From Epiperipatus broadwayi (lineage: Eukaryota > Animalia > Onychophora), in contig JAQFVV010000007.1 of assembly GCA_028023455.1 (NCBI GenBank), forward strand, positions 15,562,001 to 15,626,000: a stretch of DNA of 64,000 bases. Direction: 5' to 3'. Under the pieces are notes generated by a model, which saw nothing but the letters and a program-made list of their open reading frames with translations, did no database searches and was not told the DNA's origin. Position 1 is the stretch's first letter; each line of letters opens with the position of its first letter. This document shows, piece by piece, positions 40,724-52,429 of this stretch. The position numbers were made by a program, and so were the translations under genes.

Positions 40724-41185
40724 GTGTATTTTTATATTGGACTATTTCCATCATCTAATATGTGTGTTGAATGTCTTTAGAACAATTTAATTTTATTTAA
40801 ATATTCCAAATACATTCAACTGTTAGTAATATCATAGCAAACATGTTAGTATATGCACCAGCAGAGTGTTATCTTAAAATTCAATAATCAAGAATCTAAG
40901 GACCCAGGTTCGAATTCCATGCTAGTACTGTCATTGGTCAGGTCAGAAACACCCGAAGAAGAAGGGAGAACAAGACCTCTTGAAACATTGTGCATATACT
41001 AAACTGTTTGCTGTGATATTACTAACAGTTGAATGTATTGGGAATATTTAAATAAAATTAAATTGTTCTAAAGACATTCAACACACATATTGGATGATGG
41101 AAATAGTCCAATATAAAAATATAACTAGAGCACAATCATCACAAACCTTCAGAAAAACAATGTTGGACTATTCACATCATCTATT
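40724..41185 (+). mobile_element. Family C fold-back element (tRNA-derived head truncated by the inverted arm)
   Basis: Arms of about 125 bp (40727-40850 and 40990-41125). The internal ttatcttaaaattcaata.tcaagaatctaagg..ccaggttcgaatt matches 6676-6724. Confidence 0.85.
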
Positions 41186-41263
41186 TTAATTACTATAATG
41201 TTTTCACAAAAATTCAAACTATTTTTTTGAACAAACTGTCAACCATTAACTTTATAATTAAGA

Positions 41264-41815
41264 AAATATTTTATCTAGTGCCGTGCTTGCAATTATATTT
41301 CATTCCAATATCAGCCTTTCAAGCTAATTGAGCACGCGCCTTTTGAGAGTGTTAAATAAATGAATACTCTCCTCTTCAATCCAAGATATAGTATTTATGC
41401 AGGAATAAAAAGAATCCCTCTTATTCTTACGACTCAAATTCTTTTATATGAGCATATTGGAATGAAATATAATTGCAAGCACAGCGCTAGATAAAATATT
41501 TGCTATTTACTCATAATTAAGTTTCAGTAAGAATGATGTTTAGTAAATTCTAAGTAATTACACCTACACCATTCAGTCAAAAAACATTGTAAATAGTAAT
41601 TTAAAATGAGTATGTACTCACACTCTCTTCAACAGTTCTTCAGATTTGCTCATATAAAAGAATTTGAGTCGTAGGAATAAGAGGGATTCTTTTTATTCCT
41701 GCATAAATACTATATCTTGGATTGAAGAGGAGAGTATTCATTTATTTAACATTCTCAAAAGGTGCATGCTCAATTAGCTTGAAAAGCTGATATTGGAATG
41801 AAATAACTGTATAAT
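41264..41815. mobile_element. Family E compound fold-back element
   Basis: 41264-41311 is inverted at 41454-41501, and 41297-41454 is inverted at 41647-41812 with few mismatches. Confidence 0.9.
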
Positions 41816-42859
41816 TGCAAATAAACACTATCACAAATTTGCCCTGAGTAATTTAATGCTGCTGTTATGTATCAGACTGTGGAGTATATCACCTCAGATT
41901 CATTCCAGTTCTATACTTCAAACACTTGAACTTTGGATTAATAAAGCCATTTAATTATTTATTTTATTTATCAGAAACTGTCATATAAACAATATACATT
42001 TGAACAGTATTAAATTTAAAATTTGTATCTAAAGTTAAACGAAATGCAATAATTTCTGAAATAAACAGGCAAAACTCTCCATCATGTGATACTTAGTGGT
42101 TTAATTTCTAAAATAATGAATTCGTGTCTTTATTAAAAAGCGATTGTTTTGTTTATTGAAAAGTAATTGTTTTGTTTATTGAAAATTGTTTTGTGTAAGT
42201 ACTTGTGAAATTTTATATAATATATACACTTTACCATTTTCAGAAAATATAAGAAGCTCTGAAGAACGTGAAACGGTCAAAATTGTTACTGTTTTGAAAT
42301 ATTTTAAAGTGTTGCATTGTATAAAGTGCATAAAGGAAGTGTTTTTGTTACTTATATTAATTTAATAAATATTATTGCAAATTAATTAGTAATTTAAAAA
42401 AACAACAACATTGTTTTTAATGGGAAATCATTTAATTTAAGATTCTTGGGGTTTTTGTCGATCTATATTTCAACATTCATTAAAAAAAATAAAATTATTT
42501 TAATATACCATATATTTCTTCATTAAAATTTTAAACTGATAACTAAATTTAAAGCACTTCTTTTATGTAAATTAAAGGTATTTCTAATTTAACCATTTTT
42601 ATATGCCTCTTTTTAATTGTTTACACTGACTTTCTTTTTAATTGTGTTTACACTGACCTACTACTTAAATTTAATGAAATGTAATTAAAGTTAACATCTA
42701 AAAATATTTAGTCAGATTATTAATTCAGATGAATATAAAATATATGAAAATAATCAGAATTAAACTTGTATGAAGTGCTTTTGACAGAAATAATTGTTAA
42801 AAAGAAAGGAATATGCTTATGTGTTTAAAAACAAAGGTATTTAATAAATATGTTTTAAC

Positions 42860-43185
42860 TGTTCTTACATATGGATCTGAGACTTGGCCATGTAGCAGAG
42901 ACTTTAGACTATACAAAGAAATATAAAAAGATGTGTAGTAATGATCAAAAGTGGGATGCACAGGGGGACGGACTATAACAAAAGGATACTATTGATGAAA
43001 AAATTGAAATAAAAGTAGATTAAAGATGATTTAGAAAAAATGATACTATGAATCATAAAAAATCATATGTGAGTTGAATGGATAAAAAAATATGGTGTGG
43101 AGAAGTGAAGCTACAGATTGAAAATACTGGATTAAATTTGGAAGATTTTTTTATTCTGCAGTAGGCTAATAATAGTTGAAATGAT
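42860..43185 (+). mobile_element. Old RTE 3' fragment
   Basis: gttcttacatatggatctgagacttgg...agactttagact...tcatatgtgagttgaatggat...attctgcagtagg aligns with the RTE 3' end. Confidence 0.7.
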
Positions 43186-44984
43186 GTTCATCTTGCACTA
43201 TTTGTTAAAAAAAAACATGAAAATATAAACGCTTTCAAAAAATTATAAATGGTAACAATCAGTCTTTACTTGGGAATTTCATATATGTTCTCAGTGCATT
43301 ATGGGAATATTTTACATAAAACAAAAGCAACTCTTTCTAGTGTCATCTACTGTAAGCTTGAGTTACTAATGATTACAAGGTATATTTAAATTCCTACCTC
43401 TAAATAAATAGTTGGCGTTTGCCGTTATTGATGAGGTTTAAGATTTAAAGTTGGAATTAATTCAGTTATGTATCCAGAAATCACATTAAACACATACTAT
43501 ATAGATATTATGCTGGTCCACAAAGGATGACAAGTGTCAATAAAGATATCCTGTAAAAATATCCTGTTTCTTTTTTTTTTATTATCCATCCCAAGTCATC
43601 TATAAAATCGATTGCGTTTTTTTTTTTTTGTAATTCTGATCAAGATAATATTTATTAACTTCAGGTTTCTTTTAATTATGTGATTGTTTTTCTACTCATT
43701 CAACAAAAATTTTAATGTAGCATGTAAAATACTTTATGATGTCTTCTCTTTTGTAAGGTCTTAAGTAATATTTCATTGTAGATAAGCTTAGTAAACTGTC
43801 GCTAAAACCATGTTATTTCTTAACTACCCCAGGTCGATATTAGAATTAATCAAAAACCACTCAAACAGCTTTGTTGCTCGGGAGGTCATAAAAAGTTTGA
43901 GCACTGGATGTACCAAAAGAAATTGATCTGAGGATATTAAACTCCAATATTTGACACTCTATAACAATTCTGCAAAAAAAGGATGTATATATATTATCTT
44001 TAGTATTGCTTGCTTTTTAAATTTAGTTTACTTTCTTTTAATGTATTAGAATTAATAAGGTAGTAACAGTGAATTCACAATCAATAATAATAAAAAAAAA
44101 CATAATAAACTTAATAAAAAAGTTACAAATCATTATTATGCAGGATTTGTTAGAAGAAAGATACTGACTAAAACTTATATATGCACACTGTTATTAGCCT
44201 TTGATGAAGTTTTCAGTTATTTCTTTTAACTTGTAATATAAAATTTACATTAGCTAGCAGTAATTCTTTTATGCATTCTACTTTAGAGTCATCTATTGGA
44301 CACATGTGAAATTACCACTATGCGGAAAAACTCTGATTCAGGCATTTCGCCTTCATTAGTAAAAAGTACAGGTGAAGCTTACAATAGATTCTGTAGCGTG
44401 GAGCAAATACATTAAATTTCTGATCCTAGTGCAAATGTCGGAAGTAAAAAAAGTTAAGTAATACTTAGTGCTTTTCTGAAAGTTTCTGCCAATGAAAGAA
44501 CACAAAGTAATGACAAAGGGAAAAAACAGATTATATCTAATTTAGCAAACCATTCACATATTAGTAAGCATACAGTTGATTGGTAAAAGGCAGGAATAGT
44601 AGAAAATATGTAGCTGTTTACATAACGATAAGTGTAAGCAATCTATTGTGATAATACATAATGTTTGGAAATCCGTGTTAACCTTGTCTTTAAGAAAAAA
44701 TGGAGGAATTTAGGGGAACTGCATAAATAGTTATAAAAATTTCCTACTGTTTTGTTTGACCAATAGCCTATTTAGTTAGGGAATCACTTGAAATTTAGTA
44801 TATACGGATTTAAAGCTCCATATTTTATTCCCAAGCTAGTGTTATCAGTTGTCTGGAAGTAATATCAGAATAAGAGAGGAGAATAATACCACTAAAACGC
44901 TGTATCATATTCTAACGTGTTTATTAATAGGTCGCAAAATTTGAATTTTCTTAAAGAACCTTAACAATTAAAAAAAAAATCGAT

Positions 44985-45045
44985 TGGACTTGATTCGAGG
45001 ACCTTACACACTGTAATCTGATACTCTACCGCTACTCGAAACCAA
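44985..45045 (-). mobile_element. Degenerate tRNA-derived SINE head
   Basis: The minus strand reads gagtagcggtagagtatcagattacagtgtgtaaggtcctcgaatcaagtcc, with tRNA-like A/B-box spacing. Confidence 0.4.
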
Positions 45046-47326
45046 GCAGGGCATTCAACATTTAATTCTAACGATAGAAAAAGTCCGATATATAACCCCA
45101 AACTTAGTTAATAATTGGCTATATATTATGTATATCATCTGTGCTTGTTTGTTCTAAACTGATGCCATTTTGTTGTGGTATTATAATTATTAATAAATAT
45201 TAATCTTTGTACGCTATCGTTTCTTTTGATGGTGGGGAAAAATATCAATTAACAAATATGAATTGAGAGTATTAAAATAGATTTTTTTTAAAAGTTATAT
45301 TTTTTCATTGTTTTTTTTTTTAAAAAAAAAAAAAAACTCAATGTCACCAGTTGACATGAGTTGGATTGCTTTTTAAACGCAAAGCTCCAGTTGAAAAAAG
45401 AGAATTAGCCTCTTTTTTTGGCTTACATTTTAACAACCCTTGAAAAACAAAAGCAGCGGTTAAAATCCTGTTAATGAAACTAAGGCGGCCTTGGCTTTCC
45501 AAATGCCAGGTCACTGATCTATTTGTGTGATAATTAGTTTGTAATCTCTCTCCCTTTTCTACTCTTGTATATTTTTTAAAGTGTAATTGGCAATTTTCAA
45601 ATAATTATCCTTCACATTCGCTTTAATTGCTTTCAACTGAAGGTTGAAGTAATGCTATATATAAAAACTACTATATATATAACACAAACAATGTTCGCCT
45701 TTGTAAGGTAAACACAACAAATAAAGGTTTTATAATTTCACATGCTAACCGAAAGTAATAATTAATCCCCTGAAAAACCAGGTTTTATGACTCTAAAATT
45801 TCTCCTGCAAAGGTTATTGTATTAAATCGTAATCGATCATCATCAATAGAAAATCAAATGGTTGTTGGGGAGATTGGGATTTGATCCTGGGATTTTCAGC
45901 TTATTAGATTGTGCTTTTACTACGTTCCTGAATTACATAGTGCTTCATCAGAAGTAATAAATTTTGGAATCTTTTTATAATTAGATGAAATGATAAAATT
46001 TAAAGTATACTCTTCACATTAAATTAGTATGCATCAATAATCAGTGTATATATAATGAAAGGAATAAATGGCTCTTCTTTCAAGATATGAATAACACTTT
46101 TGTTCCTTTGTCAAGAAATGTCATTTATTCATAGCCTAAAGGGAGAATCAACTATTAGTAATACCATGCAGGTTGATTAATATTTGACATATCCAACCAC
46201 AACATTTTGGATCAGATTATTTTTCTTTTCTTGTTATTTATTTAGAAGAATATAAATGTTTTTTTTTTTTTAAAAAATTCATTTAAAAATTCACTTAGAT
46301 GATAGAAATGAACATGTAGCTATAAATAAATGCCACTATCACAGACCTACTTGGCTTATTGTAGACTGGAAGATTGGATCTCAAGGTTCCATGGATAATG
46401 GTTCAATCCTGTTGATTTCATTGCTCAAACCTCTTAATGAACTTCTGAGCAATAAATTATTTAGATATTTTATTTATTACAAACTTCAAACAAAAATTAA
46501 TCTAAAAATTATTTTCACGCAAAATTATCATAGTATGAAAGAAACATTTACTAATCAAGTTAATCTAATGATCTTTATCATGTGTGTGTTGAAACATCCA
46601 GACCAAAATAAGTAAGTAGTGTTAGAAATTGAGTTTACTTATATACAAACATATATACTTTATAAGAATGATATGTTAAAAAAAGTTTGTAGAAGATAAA
46701 GGGAAGAAACATAGAAAAAAAAAACTAATTTGTGATTTTAAAAGAATTTGTCATGAAATAGAAAGTTATTTGGTTTGATATACAAGTCTGCCTTTGATAA
46801 AATAACTAATGGTAATGAAAATGATAAATAGTCTCTATAGAAATATATCCATAGATCTTTCAGGAATATTTATGAATACCAAAATTTTTTGAAGCTTTGT
46901 CTGAGAAGCATTATCACAAGTATTGATAAATTGTATTTTAAGTGTTATGTAGAACTATGTAAAATAAACATCTTTAAAAATCTTATTGCTGGAAGGGGGA
47001 AAAACATTACCAGATGAGTCTGTTGCTGGACAATGAGGTTATATAGTTTTCTTCTTTTATGTTATGTCTGAGGACCACTAAAAACTCATTGTACTAAGAA
47101 ATCATTTGTTTACTAATTAAGGACTGTCATCTAGATTTAATAATATAGTGACCATTACACAATAATATATTCTCAATTGTGTTCCAACAGATATCATTTA
47201 CATGATTAGTTAGCTGTTCATGGATCTTATTAAGTTTGTCACAATTTGACCAAAATGATTAATTTTTAAACCAATTTTTAATTAATTGATTTATGAATAA
47301 AAACTGTTTATTCCTCAAAAAACTCC

Positions 47327-47935
47327 GAGGCAAAACTCTCCATACATAGTGCCATTCAGTGCAAGCCAGAGTAATCAATGGATGCAAGAAGGTTTGCACA
47401 TAAAATCCCTATCTAGTGCCTACTCATCCAATATCTCCAAAGTAGTTTCTAGCTTGTGGCATTCATCAATGAGGAATCTTGGATCTAATGCAACTCTCCA
47501 GCAGCCATCTTTTACCTTATAAGATAACTATAAAGCTTTGAGTTCAAAATGAAAACAATAATGTTTTTAATTCAAGCTCATTAGCTTGTATAGTCGTATA
47601 GATCTGAACTAAAAAAAAAGCTTTATAGTTAGCTAATAAGGTAAAAGGTGGCTGCTGGAGAGTTGCATTAGATCCTAAGATCTAGGTGCAGTGCTTTCAG
47701 ATCCAAGACTCCTCATTGATAAAAGCCACAAGCTAGAAACTAGTCTGGGGTATTGGATGAGTAGGCCCTATATAGGGATTTTATGCATAAACTTTCCTGC
47801 ATTCATTGATTACTCTGGCTTGCACTGAGTGACACTATTGTATGGAGAGTTTTGCCTCCATGTTAAACAGCTTGTATAGGTATAAAGAATGGTAGTCATG
47901 TGGTATTTAGTGGTTTAATCCTAAAAAAACTATCG
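47327..47935. mobile_element. Family A fold-back element, longest copy (about 200-bp arms, hammerhead core in both arms)
   Basis: gaggcaaaactctccatac (47327) ... gtatggagagttttgcctc (47858). Cores lie at 47434-47476 (-) and 47709-47752 (+). A further ~75 bp on the right is shared with 49969-50035. Confidence 0.9.
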
Positions 47936-48647
47936 CAGTACTGAGCCAATGGCCAGATACAACAAGGTTATATTCTGACTGTTAAGTTGAAGTTTTTAAG
48001 TATGCTAAGTTCTCTTTTGAAAAAAGTAACTAAAAATAGATATATGTATTCAAGGTTTTGTTTCAATCAGTGCATCTTCCACCTAAGTTCTATCCTATCA
48101 TGACTATCCACAAGCACAGAAATGAGTTCAATCCATTTTTACTATGGCTGCACTTTGAAACACCTACTTCACTTTCTGAGTAATATATGCATAACACCTT
48201 ATAATTTATTTAATATGTACATTTGATTTTTTGTTTTAGATCTATTCAAACTTCATGTATATATTCCAAATTTCTATTCCATCACTCATTCCTAAAACCT
48301 ATGATCAAAGTTATGGGGAAAAGATAAATGACCCCCAAGTTGTTTATTTTATGCTGAACAAGCATTCATCAATTGGCCTAGATCACAATCCCTTACACAT
48401 ATCTTCATCATTTGTTCTGTATTTATAGATAGCAAATTGTTACAATTTGATTTTATAAGTGTCAAACTTTCCCCACTTGCAACTTTGACACAAACCACTT
48501 TATAGAAATATATTATGCTTGTTAGTAATCTTTTATTAAAGTAGAAATTATTCCTAGCTAAAAATAATTACATATATATATATAATATTCAAAATATAAG
48601 AATATTGTCTATATTAAATTTAATGTATTTCTAATTATATATATATA

Positions 48648-48830
48648 TCATCATCATCAACCATTATAAATCCACTGCAGGATGGTCTCTCCAAGTTCAA
48701 TACATCTTTGATCTATAGCTTTTTTTCTTCACACCACCCCTACACACTTTCTTATTTCATCCATCCATCTCACATGTGATCTCTTTCTGGCTCTTTTACA
48801 ATTGCTTGGAATGCAGTTTAAGATTTCAAT
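48648..48830 (-). mobile_element. RTE extreme 3' fragment
   Basis: (tca)n tail abutting (TA)n, then aaccattataaatccactgcaggatggtctctcc...catccatccatctcacatgtg. Confidence 0.85.
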
Positions 48831-49404
48831 TATATATATATGTTTACATATATATGTTACAAGATTACGTATATAACTTCGAAAAAATACAAATATCGAA
48901 AAAGAATATCATTACATATATGTAGGTTAATATAATTTATTTATTAGAAAAAAAATATGCATATCTGCTTTTTTAAAAAAAGATTTTTAACAAATAAGTT
49001 TACTAGAGCTTTTTAATGAATTTGAGGATTGGATATTTTTTAGAAGAGCAAAACAGACTTCAGACCATACAGTGAAATTTGGGGAAATCTTTGTATACAA
49101 GTAACAAGGGGGAAATGAAAATGAAATACATAGGTGCTGATGAAATTGTAAGTTTTCAAGAAACTTATATCACTGGAATAGATAACAATGGATAGAAAAT
49201 CGAAGTCTTGAAAATTGAATCCCGAGAAACTGTGAAAGACGTTCATCTCACAAAGAATGGATAATGATTAAAAATAGTGATTGAATTAAAACTTGATCAA
49301 TATTAAATTCAAAAATGAAATATGTTTATAAATTTTGTGCAGAAGTCTAAATGTAGATTGAAATTAATAAATATATAAATACAGATAAATTATCATTAAA
49401 ATAC

Positions 49405-49640
49405 AGGCATGTATGGTTTAGTACAATGGTAGATTTGGAGTTCATAGGGGCCCACATCTATCTTTTCTGCTGCTTGAATTTCTTTATGAACTCCCGAGCC
49501 ATGAACCACTCTACCACTGCCCTGTGTAGTTTAGTGCAGGGATGGACTGTAAGTCTCACAATTCTTGGAATGTGGCCCAGATCTCTCTTATCTGATGTTT
49601 GATAACTTTTTATGAATTCCCAAACCATAAACCATCTGAT
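49405..49640. mobile_element. Cluster of short SINE-like pieces in both orientations
   Basis: The motif (g)tggtttagt(a/g)ca(a/g)tggtaga recurs here and at about 13150-13260 (-), 14160-14215 (-) and 29760 (+). Confidence 0.4.
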
Positions 49641-49687
49641 TCTGTACTTCTGGGCCTCAAATTTCTTATGAACTTTCAGATAACGCA

Positions 49688-50035
49688 GAGGTAAAATTCT
49701 CCATACAGTAGCACCATTCAGTGTAAGCCAGAGTAATCAATGGATGCAAGAAGGTTTGTACATAAAATCCCCATCTAGTGCCTACTCATCCAATATCCCC
49801 AGACTAGTTTTCTAGCTTGCGGCTTTAATCAGTAAGGAGCCTTGGATCTGAGAGTACTGTATCTAGATTTTAGGATCTAGATAGGAATTTTATGCACAAA
49901 CCTTCTTGCATCCATTGATTACTCTGGCTTACGCTGAGTGACGCTATTGTACAGAGAGTTTTGCCTCTGTGAAAATAGCTTGTGTAAGCATAAAGAATGG
50001 TGATCATGTGATGTTCTATAGTTTAACTTCCAGAT
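49688..50035. mobile_element. Family A fold-back element (about 100-bp arms)
   Basis: gaggtaaaattctccatac (49688) ... gagagttttgcctc (49968). The hammerhead core is on the minus strand at 49796-49840. Confidence 0.9.
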
Positions 50036-50101
50036 AATAAAACCTTTAGATTATCTTTTTTAAACTATTTGATGATTATCTTTAGAATTTTAGAAGATAA
50101 G

Positions 50102-50274
50102 CACTCATGAAATCATTACTTAGTACTTAAAAATACAGCAGTTTTATGCTATAAATTGAGTAGGAAGGTAGTTGCTTTTCTTGAAACACTCATATGAAAT
50201 CATTACTTAGTACTTAAGAATACAGCAGTTTTATGTTATAAATTGAGTAGGAAAGTAGTTGCTTTTCTTAGAAA
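50102..50274. repeat. ~86-bp tandem duplication
   Basis: cactcatgaaatcattacttagtactta...gtagttgcttttctt occurs twice with a few substitutions. Confidence 0.9.
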
Positions 50275-50387
50275 TTCATGTCAACAATAAATATAGAGTA
50301 GACTAATCTTACAGATAGAGAAAAAAATGTTGGTACCATTTTTCTTACATTTAATATAATGTTCGGCACATATTAATATATATATAG

Positions 50388-51480
50388 GATTTGTAGACTA
50401 TGAAAAGACATTTAATTCTATAAACATTTCTTCAGTGATTAAAGCATTGGATCATCAAGGTGCAGATCCAGGGTATTGTCATATTTTAAAGAATATTTAT
50501 AAAAATGCAACAGCAACAATTAGATTACATAATGATAGTAGGAAAATCAACATTGAAAAAGGTGTAAGACAGGGTGACTCCATATCTCCAAAACTTTTTA
50601 CAGCAGTGCTGCAAGAAGTATTTTGTGGATTAAAATGGGAAGCTAAAGGAGTGAAAGTAAATGGAGATTATTTAAGTCATTTAGATTTTGCAGATGATGT
50701 AGTTGTTTTTGCAAATAATGCTTTAGAGCTGCAGGAAATGTTGCAGGAGTTATCAGATAAAAGTAAGAAAGTAGGACTAAAGATAAATGTTAAAAAGATT
50801 AAAGTAATGTTTAATAGATTTTCTCAAAATATGAAAATAAAGATTGATTATGATGAGTTAGAAGAAGTTAACAGTTACAAATACCCTGGTCATATTATTA
50901 ATACAGATGGAAATACTCTATAATGGATAAAATTAATCATAGAATTAAACTTGGTTGGAGTGCTTTTGGTAGAAATAACTTGATACTAAAAGGAAATATG
51001 CCTCTGTGTTTGAAAAGGAAGGTTTGTAATAAATGTGTTTTGCCAGTTCTTACTTATGGATTTGAGACTTGGACACTTAATAGAAGAGCAATACAGAGAC
51101 TTCAGACCACTCAAAGAAGTATGGAGAGGTGCATGTTGGGAGTTCCAAGAAGGAATCGAAAACTTAATGTATGGGTAAGAGAACAAACAGGTGTTACTGA
51201 CCTCATTGAAAAAATTAAAAGACTGAAGTCGAGTTGGGCTGGACATATTGTTAGAAGAGATGATAATAGATGGACAATTGAAATTTTAAACTGGATTCCA
51301 AGAGATTATAAAAGACCCAGAAAGAGACCACATGTGAGATGGATGGATGAAATAAGAAAGTGTGCAGGGGTGATGTGGATAAGAGAAGCTAAAGATAGGA
51401 AAAGATGGATTGAACTTGGAGAGACCTTCATCCTGCAGTCGATTGATAATGGTTGATGATGATGATGATGATGATCATCA
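50388..51480 (+). pseudogene. 5'-truncated RTE copy (RT domain to 3' end) with a frameshift near 50915-50925
   Basis: Starts at GFVDYEKTFNS next to (TA)n. ORF pieces 50435-50923 and 50923-51456 contain RQGDSISPKLF and FADDVV. Ends in a (tga)n tail. Same family as 1-3060. Confidence 0.95.
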
Positions 51481-51574
51481 TCATAATCAATAAAGCAAGT
51501 CATATATAGCATGACAATACTTTTATGAGCTTGGATTTACAATAATGTAATGTAGGGAGTATATCAATACTCAA

Positions 51575-52400
51575 AGAAACTCTTAATTGATAAGCGCAGT
51601 AAGAGAAAATATTTAAAATCTCTATCTGGAACACCCCCATACCCAGACAAATTGGTTTCAAGCTTTTGGCTCACCTCAGTGAGGAGCTAGAATGTTCAGA
51701 CTATAACCAAAATATCAATGCAAAGTCCAACACTTAATTAATATGTAACATTTAAGTAGAAACTTATGAAAATTTTAGACAAAATGTCTTTAATTCCAGC
51801 TATAGAACTTAAATAGCTATATGGGACTGAACCAAATTCAGATCTACCATATATTAATAGCCTTAGCATTACCAAGGCCTTAAATGTTATTTCTTACTGC
51901 ACTTGCCAATTAAGAGCTTGTTTGAGCTATTGGTATGCTCCCTATATTACATATTTGTAAATACAAGCTCATAAAAATAATGTCACACTATATATGGCTT
52001 GCTTAATGCTGTTTAAATATTACAGTTTATAAACATCGCGCTATATAAAATAATTGATTTATTTATTGATTATTATAATTTTACCTTTAAGATCTTAGCA
52101 ATGCTAAGGCTACTAATATATGATAGATCTGAATTTGATTCAGTCCCATATAGCTATTTAAGTTAGATAGCTGTATTTAAAGACATTTTCATGTCCAAAA
52201 ACTTCAGAGTTTCTACTTAAATGTTACATATTAAATAAGGGCTGGACTTTGAGTTGTTATGTTAATTATAGTGTCTGAATATTCTAGCGCCTCACTATAG
52301 GTGAGCCAAAATCTGGAAACCAGTTGGTCTGGGGATGAGAATGTTCCAGATAGAGATTTTAAATATTTTCTCTTATTGCACTTATCAATTAAGAGCTTGT
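51575..52400. mobile_element. Large fold-back element (about 320-bp arms) with family A-related hammerhead cores
   Basis: 51575-51890 is inverted at 52080-52400. The minus strand at 51686-51640 reads CTCCTCA-CTGAGGT-GAGC-CAAAA-GCTT-GAAAC-CAATTT-GTC-TGGG. The plus-strand counterpart is at 52289-52336. Confidence 0.85.
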
Positions 52401-52429
52401 TTGAACTATTGATATCCTCCCTATAATAC

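Noticed and set aside
45345-45560. GC-richer stretch considered as snRNA, rRNA fragment or miRNA
   Set aside because: I recognised no known RNA motif or clean hairpin. At most a candidate regulatory element.
47327-47858. Sola-type DNA transposon (GAG...CTC termini)
   Set aside because: No matching 4-bp TSD. Homology continues past the apparent terminus, and arm lengths vary between copies.
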